NCBI GenBank assembly: GCA_965208905.1
Contig: OZ242365.1
Span: 640,001 to 704,000, forward strand
DNA from: Nitrosopumilaceae archaeon
GTDB taxonomy: Archaea > Thermoproteota > Nitrososphaeria > Nitrososphaerales > Nitrosopumilaceae
Reading direction: 5' to 3'
DNA: 64,000 nt
Position 1 is the stretch's first letter, and each line of letters opens with the position of its first letter. The translations under genes were made by a program, and so were the position numbers. Below, one piece after another: positions 10,380 through 20,329 of this stretch. The notes beneath the pieces were generated by a model that was given only the letters and a program-made list of their open reading frames with translations, did no database searches and was not told the origin of the DNA.

Positions 10380-11835
10380 CTACTATTTGGTTTAGATCCT
10401 TACGCCACTCCTCATTTAGTATGGAGTTAATTTTGGCATATATGCGAGAGTGGCGCGTCATGTTATAATGTTCTAGCTCCGTATTCAGCAAGCGAGCCAC
10501 CAACTGTGCTGGAACATCTGCCTCTGCGCAAGTCTCCTCTAATATCTCCTGCTCCAGTCTGCCAAATGAACCAGCGTCGTTCTTGATTTGGTCCAAACCT
10601 CTACCCGTGACTTTCTTGTATGTCTCATATGCGGTGTTTCTCCAGTCACCTCGCTCCATTCTCCATATGCGCTGAATCTCATGTATTTCATCATCCTGTA
10701 TTAATGACATGTTTTCATCCGGACCATCCTGCCGCACCTTGTTCTGCGCAACTAACAGCTTCTCCAAAAACTGAATGCAAAACTCCATGGTGTATGGCCC
10801 TGGCACGAGTACTTCGTATGGGTCCGGCTCACCGGGCGCATTCTCACCGTGTTCGGCGCGAGACTGCGCAATCCTCTCTTGGAAGGCCTTCATGCGCATC
10901 TCTTCTACAAGCTTCATTTTACCATCCCTGCGCTTTAAGCTGCGTACACTCTTTCGTATTTTGGGGTCCTGAGTGTCCTTGAGCTCTTGGCGAAGCTCCA
11001 AGAGTGGATACATCCACTCCTCCCCGTTCTCTATCGTATTCTTTAATGATGTATCCTTGTCTACTACAGTGCAAGTCCAGCACCCGAATCTACTATTGCC
11101 ACAGGATGGTGTGTTGGTGTCGACCACCAATGGACACTCTGCAGCATTGGCGTTCTGATAGAGCGCCAACAGATCGCGGTTGTTACTCCCCCACGGATTC
11201 TTGTTTTGAAGTAGATAGTTCCAGATGTCTTTGGCGGTAAAGTCTCTTACTGGTGTGTAAACATACGTCTGTGGGAATTTGGAGTGGCGTGAGAGTAGAC
11301 TACCTTTTATCTCATACAAGTCCATCAGCTGCTGGCGCGAACCACTCTCGTCCCGGCGAGTCCCAAGTACTACTATGGCCTCACCGTACTCTGAGACCTT
11401 CTCCTTTATGAAACGATCGGCATTCTTTATCTTGAGACGCTCGGTGCACCAACGGAACATGTTGGTGGGGGCTGGAAAGCCTTTGCCCAACAGACAGACC
11501 CAGAAGCTGTCCTGTATCAATGGGCGGACCAAGTTTGTGGATATTGGCAGAGATATCTCCTTGGCCGCCGACTCCATCATGTCTAAGGCGCCTACTATCT
11601 GCTGTACAATCTTTGGTGACTCTACTAGTGTGTCTGATGATATTATGAAGACTGCTTTATGCAACTTTTCAGATGGCAGCATCTTTAATGCATTCCATAT
11701 CAATTGTACCATGCAGGTAGAGTCTTTACCGCCACTAAAGCCCAGTATCCATGGTCGTGTATCTGATAGGTATACGTCCTGTATCTCACGGTAGATATCT
11801 TGTATAGTTCGAGATTTAAAGACAGACTCTGCCAT
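10327..11835 (-). CDS. dndC: DNA phosphorothioation sulfurtransferase DndC (PAPS-reductase family)
   Basis: GFSGGKDS, SDTLVE, FRWCTERLKI, GTRRDES, ECPLV..SCGNSRFGCWTCTVV. Confidence 0.97.
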   Translation of the reverse strand: MAESVFKSRTIQDIYREIQDVYLSDTRPWILGFSGGKDSTCMVQLIWNALKMLPSEKLHKAVFIISSDTLVESPKIVQQIVGALDMMESAAKEISLPISTNLVRPLIQDSFWVCLLGKGFPAPTNMFRWCTERLKIKNADRFIKEKVSEYGEAIVVLGTRRDESGSRQQLMDLYEIKGSLLSRHSKFPQTYVYTPVRDFTAKDIWNYLLQNKNPWGSNNRDLLALYQNANAAECPLVVDTNTPSCGNSRFGCWTCTVVDKDTSLKNTIENGEEWMYPLLELRQELKDTQDPKIRKSVRSLKRRDGKMKLVEEMRMKAFQERIAQSRAEHGENAPGEPDPYEVLVPGPYTMEFCIQFLEKLLVAQNKVRQDGPDENMSLIQDDEIHEIQRIWRMERGDWRNTAYETYKKVTGRGLDQIKNDAGSFGRLEQEILEETCAEADVPAQLVARLLNTELEHYNMTRHSRIYAKINSILNEEWRKDLNQIVDDLRQNQLDKQRYGKVR

Positions 11836-11842
11836 TATGCTA

Positions 11843-12227
11843 CTACCACTTTACACCAAACGAGTCAATGGATCTTGAAACACCACACGCCCTTAGTATT
11901 TCACCAGCAGCAGCTTTTATTCCAGTCTTATTTTTTAGCATCTTGCCATGTAACATCAGCTTACCATCCCACATTTTACAGTCTCGTGACCAGTCAATTT
12001 TGCGCATATTTTTGATACGTTGCCTCCATGAACTATTATAATGATATACAAGAATATGTCCTACCATCCCTAACGCAACCAAAACATTGGTGTGCGCATG
12101 AACGTATCCCTGACGAAGCTCATACGGCATAATTTTGTTCTTTAATAATAAATCCCATTGAGGAATACTTTGAGCCACCTCGCGCCAATAATCGGCTGCT
12201 TGTTTCTGCTTCTCGGATGAGATTGAC
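11843..12227 (-). pseudogene. dndB: dndB C-terminal fragment (downstream of the IS3 insertion)
   Basis: Removing the IS and one TGAC copy joins ...INTKS|ISSEKQKQAADYWREVAQSIPQW...YVHAH...DWSR..W in frame. Confidence 0.88.
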
Positions 12228-12284
12228 TGGAGTGGACCCCATAGAATGTTACTGTTTTCGGCATGATTTTACATACATCTTCCA

Positions 12285-13142
12285 TCATTTATTTGTCATC
12301 TCCAACTGTTCGGCAAATTCTACTGGTGTCATGTATCCGATAGAGGAATGAATCCTCTCGGTGTTGTAATCTACAAAGGCCTTTGCAATGATCGTCTCTG
12401 CCTCCTGATAGTTCGCAAACTCGTGCGGCCAGATGTATTCCTTTTTCAGCGTCTTGTGAAATGATTCGACATGTCCGTTCTGCTCCGGCGTATTCTTGTA
12501 GATGAATTCATGTTTGCCGATGCCAAGGGCCTGGACCGCATGTCTAAAGTCGCGGCTCGTATACTGGTTGCCGTTGTCCGTACGCAATCGTAATTGTGAG
12601 CAGTCAGGTTTCTCTGCGGCAACCGCGTTGGTGATTGAGGTGATTGCAATGTCTCGTGTGGCATTGACATCAAACGCGTAGGCGATCCACTTGCGCGTAA
12701 AGCAGTCAATTACGTTGAAGCAGTAGCACCAGCCGTCTATACCGCACCAGATGTATGTGATGTCCGTCTCCCACAACTGGTGTGGGGCTTTGGGTTTGAA
12801 GAGCTTTTGACCCGCTCGAATGATGTCGTTTTTGGTATTTTGTGGCTGGATGTAGCCCATTTTGCGATATATCCGCTGTATCTGCTTGCGGTTCACCACA
12901 ATTCCCGTATCGCGCGTTATCTGGGCCGCCATGCGCCGTGTGCCGTACGTGGGCCTCTTTCTGCTCGTATCTAGCACAGTGCTCAATATATCCGGATTCA
13001 ATCCCATGTCTCTGGGCTTGGGTTTGTAGTACCATTGGCGCCTGGATACGCCCGCATACCCTAGCGACTTGCGCAGGCTCAAATGTTGTTCCTGCATGAT
13101 TTTTACCGCGTTCAATCGTTGCTTGCCTCCAAGGTTTTTTTT
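12285..13142 (-). CDS. IS3 transposase OrfB (DDE), expressed as an OrfAB fusion by -1 frameshift
   Basis: YGTRR, WETDITY, IDCFTR, RTDNG.QY, NGHVESFHKTLKKE; slippery TTTAAAAAAAAC (T8 at 13135-13142 on the + strand) in the orfA/orfB overlap. Confidence 0.9.
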   Translation of the reverse strand, partial: KKNLGGKQRLNAVKIMQEQHLSLRKSLGYAGVSRRQWYYKPKPRDMGLNPDILSTVLDTSRKRPTYGTRRMAAQITRDTGIVVNRKQIQRIYRKMGYIQPQNTKNDIIRAGQKLFKPKAPHQLWETDITYIWCGIDGWCYCFNVIDCFTRKWIAYAFDVNATRDIAITSITNAVAAEKPDCSQLRLRTDNGNQYTSRDFRHAVQALGIGKHEFIYKNTPEQNGHVESFHKTLKKEYIWPHEFANYQEAETIIAKAFVDYNTERIHSSIGYMTPVEFAEQLEMTNK

Positions 13143-13402
13143 AAAGCGTCGTTTGCGATTGTCAGATCCCCTATGATTCGCTTTAGGTCGCCGTTCTCCT
13201 TTTTGATGGCCTTTATCGGATCCTTCTTTCCGTGATGGGTCAGTCCGGACTTGCCTGCGTCCATGAACTTTTGCCGCCAGGCTTGAAACGTTTGGGGATG
13301 AACGTTGTGCTTGCGGCACAGCTCGGCCGTGCCAATATTGGTCTTGATTGATTCCAAAACGATCTGGATCTTTTGGTCTGGAGTAAACTTTGTTCTTACC
13401 AT
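13112..13402 (-). CDS. IS3 transposase OrfA (HTH plus leucine zipper)
   Basis: KFTPDQKIQIVLES..AELCRKHNVHPQTFQAWR..ENGDLKRIIGDL. Confidence 0.9.
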   Translation of the reverse strand: MVRTKFTPDQKIQIVLESIKTNIGTAELCRKHNVHPQTFQAWRQKFMDAGKSGLTHHGKKDPIKAIKKENGDLKRIIGDLTIANDALKKTLEASND

Positions 13403-13474
13403 GGCATCATCCCTCCCATTACGACTTTAAGCTGTATGAACGTGAGTGTTCTCATTCTAGCGGGGTCCCCACCA

Positions 13475-14244
13475 TGACTTTGTGTTAATTTTAAGCATAT
13501 GCTGTGTTGCTTCTGATATACCATTTAATGTAAAGAGGTTTTTTGAGCGATGCCCGATATTGGTCTTTTCCATTTCGGTTCTCCCACTAAATATTTCAAT
13601 ATCATTTGCCAAATTAACAACAAATCTGGCAAACTGATCCCTGTGGTCATATAGTATGCCCAGTGATTTTGTGGGTTTAATTGCGTGCTTGTTCAAGTCG
13701 GCAAACATCTGTTGACTCTGTTTGAGGCCTACATCCTCAAAGAATACGACTGGTATCTTTTCACCCCGCAGCTCTGGCTTGGTCTCATAAGCTTTTCTGA
13801 TGGCAGCACACCTATGTTGGCCATCGTTTATGAGTATGGGTGCATCAATGGGTATGCGCAAGGTCCCCATACGGGCAGACTCTCCTAGTCCAGGAGCTGG
13901 GAAAAAGATCAAATGACCGCCCACAGACACCGTAATGGCTGAGAATATGTAGCTGTCAAGATTGTTCAATATGTAATCGACCATATTGGGTATACGAGAC
14001 TGACGAAGTTTCCTCTGAGCCCTTAAAGTGGGCGGTATCTGTGGATCTTCATTAAATTTAAAGTGATTATACAGGGTGGCAAACGAACACGCGCCAGTAT
14101 AAAATTGGCGATGGCCCTGTCTTCCCCGTATGACATCAAATGATATTAAGCCGGTCTCATGGTCTATCTCTTTAAAAGGTATGGCTTTAGCGCGCCCTGC
14201 TACGCCATTAGCTGGGGGGGGGGGGTCATGGTAATTTGGGCCAT
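13475..14244 (-). pseudogene. dndB: dndB N-terminal part (DGQHR domain), out of frame at a G12 tract
   Basis: IRGRQG..FY, RAQRKL, YIFSAIT, INDGQHR, QQMFADLN; ATGs at 14244/14229 are one base out of frame with the body across the G12 run; reconstructed gene is 383 aa. Confidence 0.88.
14214..14225. repeat. G12 homopolymer just after the dndB start codon
   Basis: 12 consecutive G; G13 or G10 would restore the frame. Confidence 0.9.
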
Positions 14245-14650
14245 GTTTTAATCACTTGTACGCATATTTTTAACTGTTTTTATTTTTTAATTTGTTGAAC
14301 AACTGCAATATGTTTAAAACAGAACAAAAAAGCTGATCTGCGAATTAAAAATGATAAAGTTTTGTAAAAATAATTTGGAACTAAACCTGACATTATCTAG
14401 ACTCTTGGATGGTAATAGTAATACTCTGACAGAATGGTGTGATGCAATAGAATATTGCAGTTTTAATAATAAACAAAATGGCAGGGAGGCATATGGACAT
14501 CGAAATTGACTCACACGAGTTGACTATTGATAATCTTTGTAAACAAGATGCGGGGCTGTCTGATAGGTGTACTCTTGCTACTCGCGGCCCAATTACGGGC
14601 GGTCCGGTTCTCTGGCCAGATGCAGTGAAGTATGAGGTGCAATATCGATT

Positions 14651-16342
14651 ATGACATATTCTGTAGCAACACATACTATTCGTCATATGCTAGATCACGA
14701 TAAGTACGAGGTGCCACGATATCAGAGGGGATATGCATGGAGCGATAAACAAGTTGATCAATTCTGGGAAGATCTGGAATATGCAATGAGTATGAATAAA
14801 GATAAACATTTTTTTGGAACAATCTATACTGACGGTTTTGATAAGATACTTGATGGTCAACAGAGAATAACTACAGTATTTCTATTTTTACTAGCTGCCA
14901 AAAATTATCTAAAGACTAAAGATGCTAAAGATGATATGATCAATCGTTTGGAAAAACACCTGCTTAATGAAACAAAACCAAAGCTAATACTAAGCAAGTT
15001 CAATGACGAGTATTTTCAAGAATTAGTGAACGACAGCTCCAATATCAAGAGATCACCTAGTGACTTCGAAAATGATTCCAATTATAATATGTCTAAAGCA
15101 TATCGCAAGCTTCATGAAAAAATTACACAGTATGGAAATAAGAAAGGCTTGAACACTGTGAAAAAATTGATTGAAAAACTACTCCATGACTTTCAAGTAA
15201 TACAAGTTCTTGTTACGAACAGTTCTGATGCATACTCTATGTTCAACTTAGTAAATAATCGAGGCATACCTCTAAACCAATACGATCTAATTAGAAATCA
15301 CATCTTTGCCGAATTAGAGCAACTTAATGTAGATGAACGACAAATAGAAGATGTTGACAAAAAATGGAGCCAAATAGCTAAAAACACCCGTAAATCTACT
15401 AACTACACCATAGATGTATTTATCCAACATATTCTTAGTTTTAAACGTGATAATGTACCTGTCAAAGATATTTTTAAAGCATTAAAAAAGGAAGTTAAGC
15501 CAGGTGAGATGCTGAAATGGGTAGCTGACGCAAACGAATGGTCTACAATCGTCAAAACTCTACGCAAACCAAATGGTAATTTTTGTGATCATGCTGGAAG
15601 AAGCTATGATTCTGAAAGACACATCAAAAGGATAAACACTCTCGGCGCCGTCGCAGTGTATCCTCTTTTAATGGTGGGGTTTACCAAGTATTGGGATAAA
15701 AGAGATTATGCGTCATTTAACATATTGTCAGAGGTGTGTTTAAAGTACCATCTAGTAGCCAAAACCATAGGAAATGCAAGCGTTAGCGAATATCAGAATA
15801 GTTTATTCAAAATTGCTCGGAACTGCTACAAAAAAGATTGTGATGTAAATGAGATCATAGATGCACTCTGCGCTACACATTCGTATATCTCCGACAAAGA
15901 CTTGGAATCAATGCTTATGGCGTATAAACCTCGCCGCCAACCAGCGCTGATTCTTTTAGAACTTATCGAAGCAGAACATAGTGACACGATATCTCACAAT
16001 ACAGTAACAGTTGAACACATCATGCCAAAGACTATTGGCAAATGGCTAAAATACATCTGTAAAATTCATGATCAATGCTCTGATGAGTACGCTGAAGGCA
16101 TACATCAAAAATACTTTAATCGTCTGGGAAATTTAACCTTACTAAACAAAGTTCCAAACTCACGCTTGGGTGATAATTCTTTTGCAGTTAAATTGAAGAC
16201 ATATGGTAAGTCAAACTACCAAATAACAAAAGAAATTGCTAGTGAAGAACAATGGGGTCAAGCTCAAATTGAAAGAAGACAAAAGAAATTTGTTACAGAG
16301 CTTAAAAAAATATTAGATATAAAATCCTTACAAACAAAATAA
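14651..16342 (+). CDS. DUF262-DUF1524 protein (GmrSD/SspE-like NTPase plus HNH nuclease)
   Basis: VPRYQRGYAW, FFGTI, ILDGQQRITT, FNLVNNRG.PL; C-terminal VEHIMP and RLGNLTLL..N; AT-rich; divergent from dndB. Confidence 0.9.
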   Translation: MTYSVATHTIRHMLDHDKYEVPRYQRGYAWSDKQVDQFWEDLEYAMSMNKDKHFFGTIYTDGFDKILDGQQRITTVFLFLLAAKNYLKTKDAKDDMINRLEKHLLNETKPKLILSKFNDEYFQELVNDSSNIKRSPSDFENDSNYNMSKAYRKLHEKITQYGNKKGLNTVKKLIEKLLHDFQVIQVLVTNSSDAYSMFNLVNNRGIPLNQYDLIRNHIFAELEQLNVDERQIEDVDKKWSQIAKNTRKSTNYTIDVFIQHILSFKRDNVPVKDIFKALKKEVKPGEMLKWVADANEWSTIVKTLRKPNGNFCDHAGRSYDSERHIKRINTLGAVAVYPLLMVGFTKYWDKRDYASFNILSEVCLKYHLVAKTIGNASVSEYQNSLFKIARNCYKKDCDVNEIIDALCATHSYISDKDLESMLMAYKPRRQPALILLELIEAEHSDTISHNTVTVEHIMPKTIGKWLKYICKIHDQCSDEYAEGIHQKYFNRLGNLTLLNKVPNSRLGDNSFAVKLKTYGKSNYQITKEIASEEQWGQAQIERRQKKFVTELKKILDIKSLQTK

Positions 16343-16967
16343 GATTGAATGAAGCATTTTGATAATTTATAGCAAAGGTCTGATTTAATCAAGATCCAGT
16401 AATAAATGTACACTCTAACCTAAATTTGCGTGCCACTCATACTCTGAATTGTGGGGTATTATCAGTCCTAGATAATGCTGTTAATCCTGAATTGTCCAAC
16501 GTCGCCGAACCAAGCGACTAGATTGTGACTTGTAAAAAGGTCGGAACTGTCCTTGTCTTTAGGACCATTAATCTCAAACATAATATCATCCGTCAGTAAT
16601 GCCTTGGTGAATTTTAGAAATTTCTTGTTGCTCTGCCTGTTTTTTATAAATTTCTGGACATTTGTTATTGCAAGAATTTTTCTAAAATTTTATACATGGA
16701 TATACACTGTCTAATTACATTGGACAGTGCATATCAAACAAAATTCCCATAACCACACTGGAAGATTAGTTCGTATACAAAACAATAAAAATATGATACT
16801 ATACTGAGCGTAAACTTGTGTTTCAGCGCGTGAAATGCACACTTAAACAATAACAGTATAAAATAATTTTGCTAAAAACATACCAATTCCCATATTTTCT
16901 AATTTATTGACACATTTTTGAATATAATACAGGTTACGCACAGTCTCCAGTTTTACTTACCCAAATC

Positions 16968-17744
16968 TTATGCCCATGCTACAATTTTGTAATCTTGCTC
17001 GTAAAGTCCCAGAAATATGCCAAGAGTAATTCTTGGAGTGTCCCCTGTTACTCTTGTTACCTGATGATAGTATGCAGGATTAATAATAACCAAATCGCCC
17101 GTATTAATGCTAGACTCTCGCCAAGTGGAGATATCTTTAGGCAGTTCCAATGAATATCCAAAGTCAATGTTTCGAAGGCGCTCATCAGCCTTTTTCCATC
17201 GTCTGTTATGTATGATCAACTCTCCTCCACCCTCTGACTCTTGAAGATGGAGCACGCATGATATCTGATGGTCAATATTTGATAATGCATACTCCCTGCC
17301 CTCGTATGTCACATTGTCTTTATGAATTGGTATTGACATTCCTTTTTCGTGTATTCGAATTACAGCTTGTGAATAATAGTTTTGAAATTCATGCGCAAGA
17401 GAGACAGAATATTCTGGCAACATCTGGCCAACTGTATGATGTATGCGATATATTGGGTTGTTTATGCCACGAAAAATTTTTTTAAATATGTTTTGAGATT
17501 CTTTGGCACTTTTAAAATATTTTTTCTTGTTGGTTGTATGAGCCATTAGAAATGGACCTATATGTTTTAGTTTTCCATTTTGAAACGTACTATTATTACA
17601 TTTTTTTATATTATCAACTGCAATTTGACATTCTTTCTTGTTATAAAATCCACGGACTATTATCATCGGATTTTTCCCAGATATAAGACACCATAAGTCT
17701 GTATTATTTATCTGCGAATAATCAACTATTTTGGATGCCCACAT
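16968..17744 (-). CDS. 2-oxoglutarate/Fe(II)-dependent oxygenase
   Basis: IPIHKD (HxD), GGEL, GDLVIINP.YYHQV (distal His), RITLG (2OG-binding Arg). Confidence 0.8.
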   Translation of the reverse strand: MWASKIVDYSQINNTDLWCLISGKNPMIIVRGFYNKKECQIAVDNIKKCNNSTFQNGKLKHIGPFLMAHTTNKKKYFKSAKESQNIFKKIFRGINNPIYRIHHTVGQMLPEYSVSLAHEFQNYYSQAVIRIHEKGMSIPIHKDNVTYEGREYALSNIDHQISCVLHLQESEGGGELIIHNRRWKKADERLRNIDFGYSLELPKDISTWRESSINTGDLVIINPAYYHQVTRVTGDTPRITLGIFLGLYEQDYKIVAWA

Positions 17745-18031
17745 CAGTATCCGCCAGCGCCTGAATGCGACACTCTCCCCAAAAGTACCCCAGCCGCATC
17801 CCTCTTCTCAACTTCACATTTTAGAAAAGCATCAATCACGGACTCTTTTAGTGATTCTTTGGTCCAACTGCTCATATCGTACGGCATGCCCGGCAAGTTC
17901 GCAGAAGTTATGGTCACTCTTTCATTATCTGAATAATCACCCCTGTTTCCATCCTTTCTGTGCGTTACGTTTAGGACAAATGAGTTGTTAGATAGCACAT
18001 CAGAGCCATTTCCCCATATTATATCTGTCAT
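17744..18031 (-). CDS. Hypothetical 95-aa protein translationally coupled to the 2OG oxygenase
   Basis: TGATG stop/start overlap at 17744; AT-rich TATA-like sequence upstream. Confidence 0.65.
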   Translation of the reverse strand: MTDIIWGNGSDVLSNNSFVLNVTHRKDGNRGDYSDNERVTITSANLPGMPYDMSSWTKESLKESVIDAFLKCEVEKRDAAGVLLGRVSHSGAGGY

Positions 18032-18456
18032 GATACACTTTGTTGTTTTTTCATATATTAATAGTACTAAAGAGTGTTAGTTTTGGCACTAGAAGATTTT
18101 TACCTCTATACATTGATAAATTTCATCATTGTTCCGTATTTTTAAAATAATTATTTTGTAATAATTTTGTGATTTAGAGACTGACGAACTGCCATAATAT
18201 GCTTGCAATACCAGTGGCGCCCCTTCATTCCACGTATTGCAAAATCGGTACATGTGCATAGCTAGAATTTCTTAAATCTACACACCTCGTAGGATTTGTC
18301 ACCTGTTTCAGATTCAACAACAAACATTTCTAGATATGGCTTCTTGACAAGATTTGCTTCATATGTCTCACTTCCACGTTTTTAGCGTGCATCTTTCTCG
18401 TCTGGCTCTATAATGTGTACACTATATCATCACTGAAAACATTTTTAAAAAATTAA

Positions 18457-18571
18457 GGGAATTATATACAAAAGCGACAACTACTAATGTTATCTAACGT
18501 TCTGAGGTACAGTACATGCTTGACTGAGATCAGTAATTAATATTATAAGGTCACTTTTGTATGTAATTCCC
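18457..18571. mobile_element. 115-bp MITE related to the IS1595 family
   Basis: TIRs GGGAATTATATACAAAAGCGAC / GGGAATTACATACAAAAGTGAC (20/22); 8-bp TSD AAAATTAA (18449-18456, 18572-18579). Confidence 0.85.
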
Positions 18572-19012
18572 AAAATTAACACCTTGTATAATAACTAGCC
18601 GCCTAATCTATTACAACTATAGATCATCAACTATCTTTGATCCATTCATTACTTCGTCTACCTCTATACCTATTTCTGCTAGTTCACGTAAAATTTTTGA
18701 TGCAGGTGCATTTTGTATACTCTCGTTTGCAATATGATTAAATTTTACTACCTCCTCTCATATTTTGATATATTAATTAAAATTTTATACACGTGGTTCT
18801 TGTGAACATTTGAAGGTTATCTGGATTCTACAATTTCAGAGCTCGTGTCTTTGGTCAGGGTAGCCAGTTTTATCTATATTGTACGAGAATCAGACCGCAC
18901 TAATTTGAAGAGGTACGCGAAAGACTACTTTAGGCCTTATCAACAAGGTGGATTGAGGAGTAGGTTGTTTTCATGCAACAAGTTCTTAAACCATCTTTAC
19001 CACGCTCTTGAT

Positions 19013-20329
19013 GTGCCTGCTAATTATAAGATCCCCGATCCCATTCACGGACATCTTAACGTTCCAGACTGGCTGATAGAGATCGAAAACTCTCCACCAA
19101 TAAGACGTATGCTGAGCATCAGACAGCTGGGGCTAAAATCGATCATAGATTTTCCCGGTGCGATTCACACTAGATATGGCCATGCACTCGGCGCCATGCA
19201 CCTGTCTGGACTTTTGGTGGATAGATTGTCTGAAAAAATCCAGAATGATGGACGAAGTAAAATTGCTGAAAACCTGAAAAACAACAAAAACAACCTTATG
19301 GCTGCAGGACTGCTCCATGACATTGCGCACGGTCCTTTTTCTCATGCAGTAGATTTTGTTTTGAGACAAACCTCGCAGATAACTCATGAGGAACTTGCAG
19401 AACAAGTAATCTGCAACGATCTTGCCGAGCCGCTTACAAACCATGGGATCACCCCGGAATCTGTGGTCAAGATAATCAACAACACTCACGACTTCAAATT
19501 CGTCTCAGGGATAATCAATGGTCCAATAGATATTGACAAGCTTGATTACCTTTTGCGTGATGCACACCATGTTGGCCTGAAATACGGCTTTGATCTGGAA
19601 CATTTTGTGGACTCGTATACAGTCCTTGGAGACGACTCTGAGCTGAACAAATGCATGCTGGGACTGGAAAATACCCATGCGGCCTTGGTTACTTCTGAGA
19701 TCTTCGTGCTGATCTGGAAAAGCATGTACGATCTAGTCTACCATGTCCAAGATTCTAGGATTGCAGAGAAGATGCTTGAGAAGGCCACGCTGCTGGGTAT
19801 TGACGAAGATGATGAGCTAAAACAGTGTTTTGTAGACAAGAATACTCTTTTAACCTTGGACGACGATAAACTGCTCCACTTGCTTAGTCAGTCCAAACAT
19901 CATTACACAAAGGTATTAGAAGAAAAAATACGTAATAGGAAGTTGTTTGTACCAATGAATGAGATTATGCTTTATGAAACCACAGACATCAATGACAAGT
20001 TTATATCAAGGGTTACAACAGCCCCGTCTCATGAAATAGATCAGATGAGCGACCGACTGAGCTCCGCACTATCAAGCGAACTGGGCTTGGAGAAGTACCA
20101 TGCCATCTGCGACATTGTAAAGTCTCGAGCCCCATCCGATATATTCATACGGAACAGTGAATCCGATGCTGGTGAGCCTGAAAACTTAAGGGAAAAATCA
20201 GACATCATCAAGGCGATCAAGCAAAGGACTACGATGAGAATCTACATGGATCCCGCCCAAGTCGAGCCCACAAAAAATCTTTTAAAGGAAAAAATAATCA
20301 CCGTAATAGATGCGGAGGCAAATGTATAA
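19013..20329 (+). CDS. HD-domain phosphohydrolase (SAMHD1/YwfO/dNTPase-like)
   Basis: IPDPIHG, RQLG, PGAIHTRYGHALG, LLHDIAHGPFSHA, DIDKLDYLLRD, VYH; start reassigned to GTG 19013 (TTAAA box about 25 bp upstream). Confidence 0.88.
   Translation: MPANYKIPDPIHGHLNVPDWLIEIENSPPIRRMLSIRQLGLKSIIDFPGAIHTRYGHALGAMHLSGLLVDRLSEKIQNDGRSKIAENLKNNKNNLMAAGLLHDIAHGPFSHAVDFVLRQTSQITHEELAEQVICNDLAEPLTNHGITPESVVKIINNTHDFKFVSGIINGPIDIDKLDYLLRDAHHVGLKYGFDLEHFVDSYTVLGDDSELNKCMLGLENTHAALVTSEIFVLIWKSMYDLVYHVQDSRIAEKMLEKATLLGIDEDDELKQCFVDKNTLLTLDDDKLLHLLSQSKHHYTKVLEEKIRNRKLFVPMNEIMLYETTDINDKFISRVTTAPSHEIDQMSDRLSSALSSELGLEKYHAICDIVKSRAPSDIFIRNSESDAGEPENLREKSDIIKAIKQRTTMRIYMDPAQVEPTKNLLKEKIITVIDAEANV

Larger units (their letters stand above)
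12228..13474 (-). mobile_element. IS3-family insertion sequence (1247 bp) inserted in dndB
   Basis: TG...CA ends; imperfect TIRs TGGAGTGGACCCCATAGAATG / TGGTGGGGACCCCGCTAGAATG; 4-bp TSD TGAC (12224-12227, 13475-13478); orfA/orfB layout. Confidence 0.93.

Noticed and set aside
14478-14565. Short reading MAGRHMDIEIDSHELTIDNL... upstream of the DUF262 gene
   Set aside because: It may be a relic N-terminus of another DUF262 gene but is too short to support
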